Below, one piece after another: positions 46,401 to 55,650 of a stretch of 64,000 nt of DNA. Positions within the stretch are counted from its first letter, which is position 1. Each line of letters opens with the position of its first letter. The stretch lies in NCBI GenBank assembly GCA_963704655.1, contig OY969927.1:768001-832000 (forward strand), written 5' to 3'. This stretch comes from an uncultured Candidatus Babeliaceae bacterium (lineage in GTDB: Bacteria; Babelota; Babeliae; Babelales; Babelaceae). A program made the translations under genes and the position numbers. Under the pieces are notes generated by a model. The model made no database searches, was not told the DNA's origin, and saw nothing but the letters and a program-made list of their open reading frames with translations.

Positions 46401-49392
46401 GAACATCTGCTGGTGTTGCCGCATATACAGCGTTTGATGCATTTTCAAAGTTGAAATAATCGGTGCTTGATATTAAGCCAGCAAGTACACCATAGGTTGA
46501 TGCTAGTGGAATATTAAGCGTATGCGTATTACCCAATGAATTAAATTCTGGTTGAATTCCAGCTTCACCATTTGCAAAGTACTGCACCGGTGTTGTTAAG
46601 CCATTAAGACTTTCAATACCGCCTGTCAATGTTGTTACCCATGACAATTGATTATTGCCATTGTAGAACAGTGACTGATTTGTCTGAGGAGCTGAAACCG
46701 GCCAGAGTAATGTATAAGTTGATGCTAATGATGCTGCGCCAAGAGATACTGTGTTATCGCTTGGACCTTGGAAAATTACATATCCGGTGCTTGTAACATT
46801 AGTTGCTGCAAAGCTTCCGGTGCCATCACGTTCTACTATTGTTCCTGGGATATCAAGTGGTGTTGCATTATAAACGCCGTTATATGCAAACTCAAAGTTT
46901 TGATAATCTTCACCGGTAATTAAACCAACATGATTATTATCATTAGGTAAGTTACCAGCATATGGGATATCTAATTGATGTACGCCTGTTGCTGCGTTAT
47001 CAGTCCAACCAAAGAATGTTCCAGCTGTGTAAGTAGTTAAGTATTGATTTACAACAGTTACGCTATTCAAGCTTTCAATTGCTGAACCAACAACAACTGT
47101 CTGCCATGAAAGATTACCGGCACCATCATTAATGAGTGTCTGACTTGCGCCACCCTGTTCATTTGGAAGAATTACACCATAGCTTGTCGTTTCTAAAGAA
47201 GCTGGACCAGTAATAGAAACATAACCACTGTTATTTTGAGCTTCAAATCTTACACTTGTTACCGTTACATTAGTTGCTGCAAAGCTGCCTGTGTTATCAC
47301 GCAATACTAACGTATTTGGAACATCTGCTGGTGTTGCCGCATATACAGCGTTTGATGCATTTTCAAAGTTGAAATAATCGGTGCTTGATATTAAGCCAGC
47401 AAGTACACCATAGGTTGATGCTAGTGGAATATTAAGCGTATGCGTATTACCCAATGAATTAAACTCTGGTTGAATTCCAGCTTCACCATTTGCAAAGTAC
47501 TGCACCGGTGTTGTTAAGCCATTAAGACTTTCAATACCGCCTGTCAATGTTGTTACCCATGACAATTGATTATTGCCATTGTAGAACAGTGACTGATTTG
47601 TCTGAGGAGCCGAAACCGGCCAGAGTAATGTATAAGTTGATGCTAATGATGCTGCGCCAAGAGATACTGTGTTATCGCTTGGACCTTGGAAAATTACATA
47701 TCCGGTGCTTGTAACATTAGTTGCTGCAAAGCTTCCCGTACTATCACGCAATACCAATGTACCTGGCACATCATTTGGTGTTGCCGCATATACAAAGTTT
47801 GATGCATTTTCAAAGTTTTGATAATCTTCACCGGTGATTAAACCAACATGGTTATTGTCATCAGGTAAATTACCAGCATATGGGATATCTAATTGATGTA
47901 CGCCTGTTGCTGCGTTGTCATTCCAACCAAAGAATGTTCCAGCTGTGTAAGTAGTTAAGTATTGATTTACAACAGTTACACTATTCAAGCTTTCAATTGC
48001 TGAACCAACAACAACTGTCTGCCATGAAAGATTACCGGTACCATCATTAATAAGTGTCTGACTTGCGCCACCCTGTGTTTGTGGAAGTGTTACACCATAT
48101 GTTGTCGCTGTTGCTGGGCCACTAATAGCAACATAACCGCTGTTATTTTGAGCTTCAAATCTTACACTTGTTACCGTTACATTAGTTGCTGCAAAGCTGC
48201 CTGTGTTATCACGCAATACTAAAGTATTTGGAACATCTGCTGATGTAGCTGTATACACAAGATTAATCGCCTGTGTTGAAGTTACCGTTGTAATCCAACC
48301 AAGTTGTCCCTGTGGATTTCCCACATCACCTAAAACTTGATATTGAGCAGAACTTGCACTTGTCGGTAAAATCAAATTAAATGGCAAACTTGAAGTTGTA
48401 CATGGTCCACGAAGTCCAACATAACTTGTATCATTATGGTTATAAAATTGAATCTCGTTGCAACTATCAAGAACCAGTGTTGATGTCATCACCAACGCGC
48501 CGGTCATGGTATCGCCAGAACGATTCACTTTATTAGAGAAATAGGTGTAATCATTATTACTAATTAAGCCAGAAGTAACGCCAGCAGTTGACGCTTGTGG
48601 AATATTAAGAACTTGAGTACCAGTAGGAATGGTGGTCCAATTCGGTGCTGTTCCTGCTTGAGCTGTTATTAAAAATTGAGCTGGTGCTGTTAATAAATTA
48701 ATACTCTGAATACCAGAAGTTGTTGCAATTGCTGAGGACCATTTCAAGTTACCAGCGCCATCTGTTACTAAGGCCTGATTTGGGGTGCCATCTGCTGGTG
48801 GCAAATTTAGAACATATGATGTTGTAACTGGGTTAGGTGCTTGAATAGATACACTGCCAGAATTAGTTGGATCTTCAAAAACAATAGCCGTTTGATTAGA
48901 CATGTTAATATCACCGGTCATGGTGCCGCCCGCTAGTGGAAGATAAACACCACTTGGGGTACCGCCACCGCCAGTAAAGCCTGGCGCAACAAGGGAACCA
49001 GTAATCAAAAGATTACGTAGATATTCATCTCTTGGGCGATAATTACGTGGATCTTCAACAACAGCTGTTGAAATAGGAAATGGCTGACCAATACGTGGCG
49101 CTTTTGAACGAAGCAGTTCAGAACGAATATGCTCTATGCTTTTTTGCACAGAAGCTAATTCTGAAGCTGATAACTCAGCCTTAATATCTTCAAAAAGTTC
49201 AACAAGTTGAATAATATCATGTTCTTGCACTATCAAAGCAGGATCAATTACCTGATCAATCAGAGCCTGATCGATATCTTTGATAAGTTGAACGTATGTA
49301 TTCAACTCTTGTGAGGTAACTGCTTGCAAAATAGAGGCATTAAATAGCCCAACAACAAGCATTACACTCAAATATGAAAACCACTGCTTCAT
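43411..49392 (-). CDS. Giant secreted tail-fibre-like repeat protein with C-terminal peptidase S74 (intramolecular chaperone) domain
   Basis: Signal peptide; LPLAGGTMTGDI and VNRSGDTMTGAL fibre motifs; tandem repeats; SSRKYKDNI, LRPVEFNYK, YGLIAEE...PELV, VNY, terminal coiled coil. Confidence 0.85.
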   Translation of the reverse strand: MKQWFSYLSVMLVVGLFNASILQAVTSQELNTYVQLIKDIDQALIDQVIDPALIVQEHDIIQLVELFEDIKAELSASELASVQKSIEHIRSELLRSKAPRIGQPFPISTAVVEDPRNYRPRDEYLRNLLITGSLVAPGFTGGGGTPSGVYLPLAGGTMTGDINMSNQTAIVFEDPTNSGSVSIQAPNPVTTSYVLNLPPADGTPNQALVTDGAGNLKWSSAIATTSGIQSINLLTAPAQFLITAQAGTAPNWTTIPTGTQVLNIPQASTAGVTSGLISNNDYTYFSNKVNRSGDTMTGALVMTSTLVLDSCNEIQFYNHNDTSYVGLRGPCTTSSLPFNLILPTSASSAQYQVLGDVGNPQGQLGWITTVTSTQAINLVYTATSADVPNTLVLRDNTGSFAATNVTVTSVRFEAQNNSGYVAISGPATATTYGVTLPQTQGGASQTLINDGTGNLSWQTVVVGSAIESLNSVTVVNQYLTTYTAGTFFGWNDNAATGVHQLDIPYAGNLPDDNNHVGLITGEDYQNFENASNFVYAATPNDVPGTLVLRDSTGSFAATNVTSTGYVIFQGPSDNTVSLGAASLASTYTLLWPVSAPQTNQSLFYNGNNQLSWVTTLTGGIESLNGLTTPVQYFANGEAGIQPEFNSLGNTHTLNIPLASTYGVLAGLISSTDYFNFENASNAVYAATPADVPNTLVLRDNTGSFAATNVTVTSVRFEAQNNSGYVSITGPASLETTSYGVILPNEQGGASQTLINDGAGNLSWQTVVVGSAIESLNSVTVVNQYLTTYTAGTFFGWTDNAATGVHQLDIPYAGNLPNDNNHVGLITGEDYQNFEFAYNGVYNATPLDIPGTIVERDGTGSFAATNVTSTGYVIFQGPSDNTVSLGAASLASTYTLLWPVSAPQTNQSLFYNGNNQLSWVTTLTGGIESLNGLTTPVQYFANGEAGIQPEFNSLGNTHTLNIPLASTYGVLAGLISSTDYFNFENASNAVYAATPADVPNTLVLRDNTGSFAATNVTVTSVRFEAQNNSGYVAISGPATATTYGVTLPQTQGGASQTLINDGTGNLSWQTVVVGSAIESLNSVTVVNQYLTTYTAGTFFGWTDNAATGVHQLDIPYAGNLPDDNNHVGLITGEDYYNFENASNFVYAATPNDVPGTLVLRDSTGSFAATNVTSTGYVIFQGPSDNTVSLGAASLASTYTLLWPVSAPQTNQSLFYNGNNQLSWVTTLTGGIESLNGLTTPVQFFANGEAGIQPEFNSLGNTHTLNIPLASTYGVLAGLISSTDYFNFENASNAVYAATSADTPNTLVLRDNTGSFAATVVTVTTVAFEAKDNSGTVSISGPATATTYGVTLPQTQGGASQTLINDGTGNLTWQTVVVGSAIESLNSVTVVNQYLTTYTAGTFFGWTDNAVTGVHQLDIPYAGNLPNDNNHVGLITGEDYQNFEFAYNGVNNATPLDIPGTIVERDGTGSFAATNITSTGYVIFQGPSDNTVSLGAASLASTYTLLWPVSAPQTNQSLFYNGNNQLSWVTTLTGGIESLNGQTAPVQFLTTSTANGTLVQWNEIGNNTNQLNVPYAGNLIGTTSVGLISGIDYQNFEFAYNGVYNATPNDTPNTLVLRNNLGSFYATNITLTSVTFNPLDGSGPITMDAPNGSAPYTFTLPYNTGTANEILSTDGTGVTSWISISSLVTATSTCDYANTVVARDATGSFVATTITLTGNSLINFGGYSTPFCYPGTPFIEAPTNGNTIIGTLAGNNNNLTGGMNTVYGNGALAVVTSGFNNTAVGYGAGSSLTSSSGNIYIGALAGENHQGNNSIFLGYTQTYTGDAVNFIGNPASVLGETSNTTIFGCINLPEVNAGTGYMASFDSNNQLVIARSSRKYKDNIKSLAPTLTDKVYNLRPVEFNYKNSPNNMSYGLIAEETQAACPELVIYNEAGEVDSVNYLSAQVLALDALIKQHASINTLNARCDVLTRMITSQNETIATLQQQIQELISQS
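44515..48250 (-). repeat. Four near-identical intragenic tandem repeats, period 912-924 bp
   Basis: Equivalent positions at 48181, 47269, 46351, 45439, 44515 (spacings 912, 918, 912, 924). Confidence 0.92.
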
Positions 49393-49513
49393 ACCGTCTC
49401 TCCTGAAATTTTTTTGTAAAAAAATACTACGCTAAGAATGTAAATTAATTCTCATCGCCAGGTCAAGCAAACAATAAAAAATAACAAAAAGAAATTAGAA
49501 ACAAAAGGAATTA

Positions 49514-50467
49514 CTAGAACAGCAGACTAATATTAACCCACCAGGCAAAAATTTTAGTATCGAACATCTTTGATCTACTAATATTAAAACCTGTGCCTAT
49601 GCCACCCGGCTTTTTTAAGAGTAATGATTTTTTAAAAACATGAATAAAGTTTGCATAAAAACTATTTCTAGCAAAATTAGGTGATGTTATTTTTTCTGTT
49701 GGCAAAAGAGCCGCTTGGTTTGTAAAAAAAGTAGGGTTATACCCCACTTCAAAAATATTTACCTTATGACGATATTGCAAAATCATAAAAAGATCTGTTA
49801 AATTGCCAGGTTGAATTTTAGCGCCACAGGGTAAAATTGGGTACCACGTGCGATCAAAAAAATGAACACATCGTGCCTGCACTATGGCAGCTAGTGCCTG
49901 CTTAAGACTTCGAATAAAAGTGTATGAGATTTCCCCGCCAGCACCCAACCCAAAAAAACGCGTACCTACCAAGGTTTCGTATGTTTCCTGAGCAGTTACC
50001 TGATATTTTGTTGGAAAACCTCCAATGGCATAAAGAGACACTTGCCCTTTATCATCATAAAAAAAGAAATTTTTACCGGCAGTCAAAACAATATCATCAA
50101 ATCCCGTACGTGAATTTTTGAATGTTTGAGTTCCACAGGTATGATCCGTCTGATTTTCCAAACCGGTCGTAAGTTCTAACCACCAATCGTGTGGAGCTAA
50201 AAAACGAATGTTAAAAATTGGACCCGCAAGAAAAGTTTTTTCATATACATCTTGATGAGTTAAGGGCGCTACAATATGCCGTGAACGGTTATAGACTACT
50301 GGCAATGCAGTAAGTAACCAAAAACTCTCTTTACCCGGAAATATTTGTTCAAAAACATGCGTAGAAAATGCGCGCCTGATCTTCATGTTATATACTAGAG
50401 AAACCGCTTGTATCGAGCCGTAGCTGTGAATAAAAATTATTAAAAACAATCGGTTAATATTGCTCAT
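49514..50467 (-). CDS. Probable outer-membrane beta-barrel protein
   Basis: Signal peptide (IQA); amphipathic strands, GFDDI..TAG, VGTRFFGLGAG; terminal Phe. Confidence 0.6.
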   Translation of the reverse strand: MSNINRLFLIIFIHSYGSIQAVSLVYNMKIRRAFSTHVFEQIFPGKESFWLLTALPVVYNRSRHIVAPLTHQDVYEKTFLAGPIFNIRFLAPHDWWLELTTGLENQTDHTCGTQTFKNSRTGFDDIVLTAGKNFFFYDDKGQVSLYAIGGFPTKYQVTAQETYETLVGTRFFGLGAGGEISYTFIRSLKQALAAIVQARCVHFFDRTWYPILPCGAKIQPGNLTDLFMILQYRHKVNIFEVGYNPTFFTNQAALLPTEKITSPNFARNSFYANFIHVFKKSLLLKKPGGIGTGFNISRSKMFDTKIFAWWVNISLLF

Positions 50468-50604
50468 GATGTTCTCACAATAGGCTTTTTTTCTTTGATA
50501 GTAGAAAATTCTTTCTTGAAAAATCAATACATTAGGTTACATTTGATCGTAGATTTACATCAAAAAAAAAAATTTAGTTATTCATAATTTTAATCAGGAG
50601 ACGC

Positions 50605-50982
50605 GTGGAAAGAACAGCTCTTATCAAAGAAAGTTTTAAAGCATTAGAAGCTCATGACTATGACGCTCTTTTAAGCTTTTTTGCCCCAGATGCCACCACA
50701 GACTGCGACATGTACGGTCATCTAAAGGCACCAGAGTTTTTAAAAATATTTTTAAAAGATTCAACGAATTCAAAAATCACTATTAAAAGCATTGATGATG
50801 ATCCGGTAGACAACCATAAAACTCACGTGCACTTTGAGTTAGATTGGACGTTACAAAATGGGCAAACTCTAACAAGTGATATTGTAAAAGTTTTAAGTTT
50901 TAACACTGATAACAAAATCAAGCATATAACTGCGACCTATAAACTTCTTGGGCTTAGCCAAGAAGCACCAGAAGCGGTATAG
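50605..50982 (+). CDS. SnoaL-like/NTF2-fold protein
   Basis: GTG start with RBS AGGAG; FKALEAHDYDALLSFFAPDA, FNTDNKIKHI. Confidence 0.75.
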   Translation: MERTALIKESFKALEAHDYDALLSFFAPDATTDCDMYGHLKAPEFLKIFLKDSTNSKITIKSIDDDPVDNHKTHVHFELDWTLQNGQTLTSDIVKVLSFNTDNKIKHITATYKLLGLSQEAPEAV

Positions 50983-51025
50983 CCTCCTGAGAAAATTTTT
51001 TAAAAAATTTATTCTTATAAAAGTG

Positions 51026-51054
51026 TTGACTTTAAAAAAATATGGGAATAGAAT
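51026..51054 (+). promoter_or_regulatory. Orphan sigma70-like promoter with no downstream + strand ORF
   Basis: TTGACT-N17-TAGAAT. Confidence 0.4.
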
Positions 51055-51130
51055 CACTTTTAATTATAGACTTTTGAAATAATTTTTTATTAAATAATGC
51101 AAGATCTTAAAAATATCTCATTATACCCAC

Positions 51131-51164
51131 AGATATGGGGCAGGTTAGTCAGCTGCCCCTATCT
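51131..51164. terminator. Hairpin at the 3' end of the rep-like gene
   Basis: AGATATGGGGCAG...CTGCCCCTATCT. Confidence 0.6.
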
Positions 51165-51938
51165 CTATGTGCGAATAGTTTTTTTAAAAACACAAATACC
51201 GCTTGCTTTATCATACGTAAAATCAAAATGAAGATGAGCTTTTGTATTTACCTCTTCAATGGCGGGCTTAAGCGCTACAAGTGCCTGTGAAGGAAAGGTC
51301 CGCTTGCCCAGCGTTAACACGTCACACAAACTATCAAGATATATAAACCAAATAGACTGGAACATAAAACTTTTAAGCAAAAGCTCATAAAGACGCATTG
51401 ATACGGGCCGAGCTAACTTTTTGTATGCATAGAAATTTATATAGTTATATAATCTTGTTTCTTTAAGTTGGTGTATATACAAGGCATTAAAAATAATAGA
51501 TATTTTTTTTGTTTTTTTATCAAATGTAACGCCGTCAAGAATGGTAAAGCATTTTTCTTTAAAGCCATCAACTTCAAAAAAAGATCCTCCGAAGTTAATC
51601 ACTACTGCTTGCCAACGCTTAAGTGCAAGCATGATGCGATCATATTTTGCTTTACTAAAATTTTTACTTTGAGAAAAAACATTTTTTGCTATCTCATAGC
51701 GTGTGATGGATATCTCACAAGAATTAAAATCTGATTCTTTTAATAGTTTATGAAGTAAATAATAAAGAACGAGCTTGTCAAAGCGAACAGGCAGCCCATG
51801 TGAACATTTTAGCTCATAAAAACCATATTCTTTTTGTATAATAAGCTCTTTCGGGTAATCTCTTTTAGAAACGATCCAATTTGGATTTTCTAAAAAATTT
51901 ATATCGTCCTTTACGAGCATACTATTATCAAATTCCAT
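51165..51938 (-). CDS. Plasmid-type replication initiator-like winged-helix protein (Rep3/RepA-like)
   Basis: ITRYEIAK...YDRIMLALKR, ISIIFN, YKKLARPVSMRLYELL, LDSLCDVL, LKPAIEEVN pattern. Confidence 0.6.
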   Translation of the reverse strand: MEFDNSMLVKDDINFLENPNWIVSKRDYPKELIIQKEYGFYELKCSHGLPVRFDKLVLYYLLHKLLKESDFNSCEISITRYEIAKNVFSQSKNFSKAKYDRIMLALKRWQAVVINFGGSFFEVDGFKEKCFTILDGVTFDKKTKKISIIFNALYIHQLKETRLYNYINFYAYKKLARPVSMRLYELLLKSFMFQSIWFIYLDSLCDVLTLGKRTFPSQALVALKPAIEEVNTKAHLHFDFTYDKASGICVFKKTIRT

Positions 51939-52019
51939 TATATTCCCTCATTACCACTCTTGATCAATGCTAACCAAAACTCATAGTATTATACTATACC
52001 CTCAAAGAGACGTAATGCC

Positions 52020-52877
52020 ATGAAAAAATTATTTTTTATTCTTTTATATCCACTTGCTCTGTGTGCGCGAGAAGAGGATGGCGCCCATGTTTTACAAGGC
52101 AACTTAGCCTTGCCAACTTCACAAGAACCGGCACCACTTTTTTGCTTTGGTCAATCAGTTATAGATAAACATGATATTCAAGCGTTTGTGTATATTAATA
52201 GCCTTTTGGGCAAAAAGACAGATTTTACCCAGATTATCCCGAATATTTTATATGGAGTCACTGACGAACTTACCATAACTGCAGGCGCGCCTATAGCGGC
52301 AAAGTTTAGGTACCATAATTACCAATCTTCAGGAATAGGTGATCTTTTTATTCAAGCAGAGTACGCGTTCTATAATAAAGACCGCCAAGACTATGCAAAC
52401 CAAGCAACAGTTGTTGCGAGCATGACATTCCCAACAGGATCTTTTAAAAAACAGCCACCAACAGGTTTTGGCTCACCAACATTTTTTCTGGGTGCAACAG
52501 CAAACCACATGAGTATCAATTGGTATATTTTTGGGTGCTTTGGCGGATTTCTTACAACACCGCACCATAGCGAGCAACTTCCTAATACATTGTTATATCA
52601 ATGGGGAATCGGCAAAAATATTCACTATGTTTCAGAAAAAAGAATTATCACATTACTTGTTGAGTTTTTTGGAAGCTACACTCAAGAAAGTAGAATTCGG
52701 GGCCCACTTTACAAAAACTTTGATGATAACAATTTCTTTATAGGCCCGTCTTTGTGGATCGCAACAGAACGCTTTATCTTTAACCCAGGAATAGCTTTTT
52801 CTTTATATAGCAAAAAGAATGATCAAAAAAGGGGAAGTTTTTTATTTTCTCTAGAGACCGGCTGGAAATTTAATTAG
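52020..52877 (+). CDS. Probable outer-membrane beta-barrel/transporter-like protein
   Basis: Signal peptide; YGVTDELTI, SGIGDL, TFPTG...TGFGS, terminal ETGWKFN. Confidence 0.65.
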   Translation: MKKLFFILLYPLALCAREEDGAHVLQGNLALPTSQEPAPLFCFGQSVIDKHDIQAFVYINSLLGKKTDFTQIIPNILYGVTDELTITAGAPIAAKFRYHNYQSSGIGDLFIQAEYAFYNKDRQDYANQATVVASMTFPTGSFKKQPPTGFGSPTFFLGATANHMSINWYIFGCFGGFLTTPHHSEQLPNTLLYQWGIGKNIHYVSEKRIITLLVEFFGSYTQESRIRGPLYKNFDDNNFFIGPSLWIATERFIFNPGIAFSLYSKKNDQKRGSFLFSLETGWKFN

Positions 52878-53037
52878 CAAAATTATAGAATCAATAACAT
52901 ATATAATCAATAAACTAAACAAATTAATTAACTAATTATACTAAAATTATTGAAGGTACAAATTATTTTATAATTTATAAAAAAATGTATACTTTATTAT
53001 AAATTAAAGCATTTTTTTATAAATTAAAGAAAAAATT

Positions 53038-55650
53038 ATGAAAACCTATATAATTCTATTAGCAACTTTTTTTACCATAACTACTCACAGTATAGACTTC
53101 ACGAATCAAAAGCAAGATGCCGCTACGTCTGAAAACGCTAAATTGCATTATGCGGCACTCCAAAATGATTTAGAGAGTTTAGCAGCTGAACTAGAAGCAG
53201 GCACACCAATTGATTTAAGAGGGGAGCATGATTTCACAGCCTTACATCTTGCTTCAAAGGCTGGCCATACGGAGGCAATAAAAAAACTTATAGCACATGG
53301 TGCAGATAAAAATGCTCGCAATAAAAATGGAAATACCCCTTTACATTCTGCAGCGTATAATCAACAAGTACCAGCTATAAACATCCTTGTTGAAAATGGA
53401 GCATCGCTAGAGGCCACTAACAATGATGGGGATACGCCACTACATTCAGCAGCATGGAAAAATCAGTCTGCAGCAATAGAAGCCCTTGCAAAACATAATG
53501 CGCCGTTGAATGCAAAAAACAACGAAGGGGATACCCCGTTACATCTTGCAGCATGGAACAATTCCACAGACGCGCTTACTGTTCTTGCTGAAAAAGGCGC
53601 TGACCTTAAGGCATTAAACAATGATATCAATACACCTTTAGAACTTGCACAACAAAAAAACAATACCGTAGCAATTGACAGCATATCTACTCTTTTATCA
53701 AAAAAACAGATGGGTGATTCAGACAACCATCTACATACGATTTATGCAAAGGCACAAAAACTTACCCAAAAAATTGAAGAGAAAGCCGAAAATTTAAAAG
53801 CCATTTTAACTGATTACCAAACAGAAGAAGTTGCCTGTTATGAAATTGAAAGATGCATACGAACCCTTAAAGGGCTAGAACAAAACGGCGCATACTTACA
53901 GAATAATAATAAAAAAATTACATCAACAGCTGTGATGTTGCCAAGCAATCTACCACTGTATTCTTTAGTGGTATTTGGACTTATACCGTCATTGCTAAGC
54001 CAACAAAACTACGTTAGACCAAATTCTCTTTTACAAGAATTAAATATTATTTCAAGAATTGCAGATGAGCTAGAATTAGAGACATTATTTCCAGATGTAA
54101 CAATATTAAACACGGATCATGCGGGATTTAAACCTTATATCAAAAATGCTGATTTAGTAATATTTACAGGAAATCCCTCAAATGCAGAAAACCATATCCG
54201 CGAAATGAAAGAAGGTTCTGTTCTTGCTTTAAATGGATCCGGGCATAACCCTGTTGTAGTAACAGAATCTGCAGATATCGAAAAAGCAGTTGAGGGCACG
54301 TTACTATTAAAAGGATTTAATGGTGGCCAAGATTGCGCGGGGCCAGACGCAATTTTAGTACATCACAATGTAGCTGAAGAATTTATAGAAAAGTTTGTTA
54401 AACGCTTTTCTTCATTAAAAACAGGCTCATTTAAAGACCCAAAAACTATCATAGGCGCAATTCATAGATTAAGTGAATTACAAAAATTTGCGCAAATATT
54501 TCATAGCAATAATAAAGATATCATCTCTGGAGGTATTATTGATTTTAAAAATAGCATAGTATCACCTACAACTATAGTCAGAGGAATTGAGCGCTACCCT
54601 AACTATAAAGAGATGTTCGGCCCTGTAGCCTTTATACACCCCTATAAAAAGGATGGGGATCTTTCATATTATTTTCAGGATGTAAGTGGTGAATACGGTG
54701 CACATCGTATGTATGTTACCTTATATGGTAAAAGCGACTACGTGCTATCAAAAGATGACTCTATTAACCCTAATTACTCAGATAACATTGGAATAGTATT
54801 ACAAGATCAAACAATTCATGACGTTGAGATTGGATATAAACCATATGGTGGTTATAGCTTAGGAGCATCTGCTATAATAAAAAAAACAGCTCAAGGGCTA
54901 CAAAAGGTTGCAATGCCCATTTTACTTCCTGAGATTATTTCTGAATACTTAATTAAAAATAAAGATTTACCTACCCAGGCAAAAGTTAAAAATGTTAATG
55001 AATCAAAGCCATCAGCATCCACAAAACGTGATAAAGAAATTGAGCCAGTAATAGAATTATTCAAAGAAATAGCTACTCAATCATTCAAAGACAATCTGAA
55101 ATTCGGCTTTATTTTTGGTAGTGCGGCAAAAGGGAAATTAAAAGTAAATGGCCCAGACAGAGACGATCTTGATACTTTTATTTGCCTTAATGAGGATGAC
55201 CCACAGGCCATACATAGTTATAAAATTCTATTGGCAAGTCTGCATAGAAAGTTTAATCTAAAACTAGATGATGCATTTCCTACAGAAATTATAACATTAA
55301 AAAGCCTAGAAGAAACATTAGATTCTCTTGATAAAATCACTATCGATATAGATAAAGTCGTTACAGGAAAAGAATTTGATGAGATATTTTGGACACACGC
55401 TTTAACAGATAAAAAGGTTGGGTTTGTTGGTGACGGCAAAAAAATGTCATCTTTGATTAAAAAAGGAACCCCTTATATTCATACATGGCGTAATCAGATT
55501 ATTGAGCAATTAGAAAAGAAAAATTCATTGCCTTCACACATTCAACAAAAATTTTCTGGTTTATCAAAAAATGATGCCATCAAAAAATTACAATCCCACA
55601 ACCCTCATTTGGTGGTACATTTAGGTTTACACTATGATGACAAACAATAA
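53038..55650 (+). CDS. Fusion protein: signal peptide, ankyrin repeats, aldehyde dehydrogenase-like domain, nucleotidyltransferase-like domain
   Basis: About 6 TPLH-type ankyrin repeats; IFTGN, GSGHNPVVV, NGGQDC, EMFGPV, PYGG; FIFGSAAKG...DDLDTF. Confidence 0.8.
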   Translation: MKTYIILLATFFTITTHSIDFTNQKQDAATSENAKLHYAALQNDLESLAAELEAGTPIDLRGEHDFTALHLASKAGHTEAIKKLIAHGADKNARNKNGNTPLHSAAYNQQVPAINILVENGASLEATNNDGDTPLHSAAWKNQSAAIEALAKHNAPLNAKNNEGDTPLHLAAWNNSTDALTVLAEKGADLKALNNDINTPLELAQQKNNTVAIDSISTLLSKKQMGDSDNHLHTIYAKAQKLTQKIEEKAENLKAILTDYQTEEVACYEIERCIRTLKGLEQNGAYLQNNNKKITSTAVMLPSNLPLYSLVVFGLIPSLLSQQNYVRPNSLLQELNIISRIADELELETLFPDVTILNTDHAGFKPYIKNADLVIFTGNPSNAENHIREMKEGSVLALNGSGHNPVVVTESADIEKAVEGTLLLKGFNGGQDCAGPDAILVHHNVAEEFIEKFVKRFSSLKTGSFKDPKTIIGAIHRLSELQKFAQIFHSNNKDIISGGIIDFKNSIVSPTTIVRGIERYPNYKEMFGPVAFIHPYKKDGDLSYYFQDVSGEYGAHRMYVTLYGKSDYVLSKDDSINPNYSDNIGIVLQDQTIHDVEIGYKPYGGYSLGASAIIKKTAQGLQKVAMPILLPEIISEYLIKNKDLPTQAKVKNVNESKPSASTKRDKEIEPVIELFKEIATQSFKDNLKFGFIFGSAAKGKLKVNGPDRDDLDTFICLNEDDPQAIHSYKILLASLHRKFNLKLDDAFPTEIITLKSLEETLDSLDKITIDIDKVVTGKEFDEIFWTHALTDKKVGFVGDGKKMSSLIKKGTPYIHTWRNQIIEQLEKKNSLPSHIQQKFSGLSKNDAIKKLQSHNPHLVVHLGLHYDDKQ

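Noticed and set aside
44515-48250. Possible CRISPR array or DGR template/variable repeat
   Set aside because: Repeats are ~0.9-kb in-frame coding units without spacers; differences are not adenine-specific; no cas or reverse transcriptase gene in the window
43411-49392. Prophage
   Set aside because: The fibre gene has a signal peptide and its own terminator; no capsid, terminase, integrase or other tail genes nearby
51121-51131. TTATACCCACA as a DnaA box near the rep-like gene
   Set aside because: Does not fit TTWTNCACA and is single; no iteron array seen
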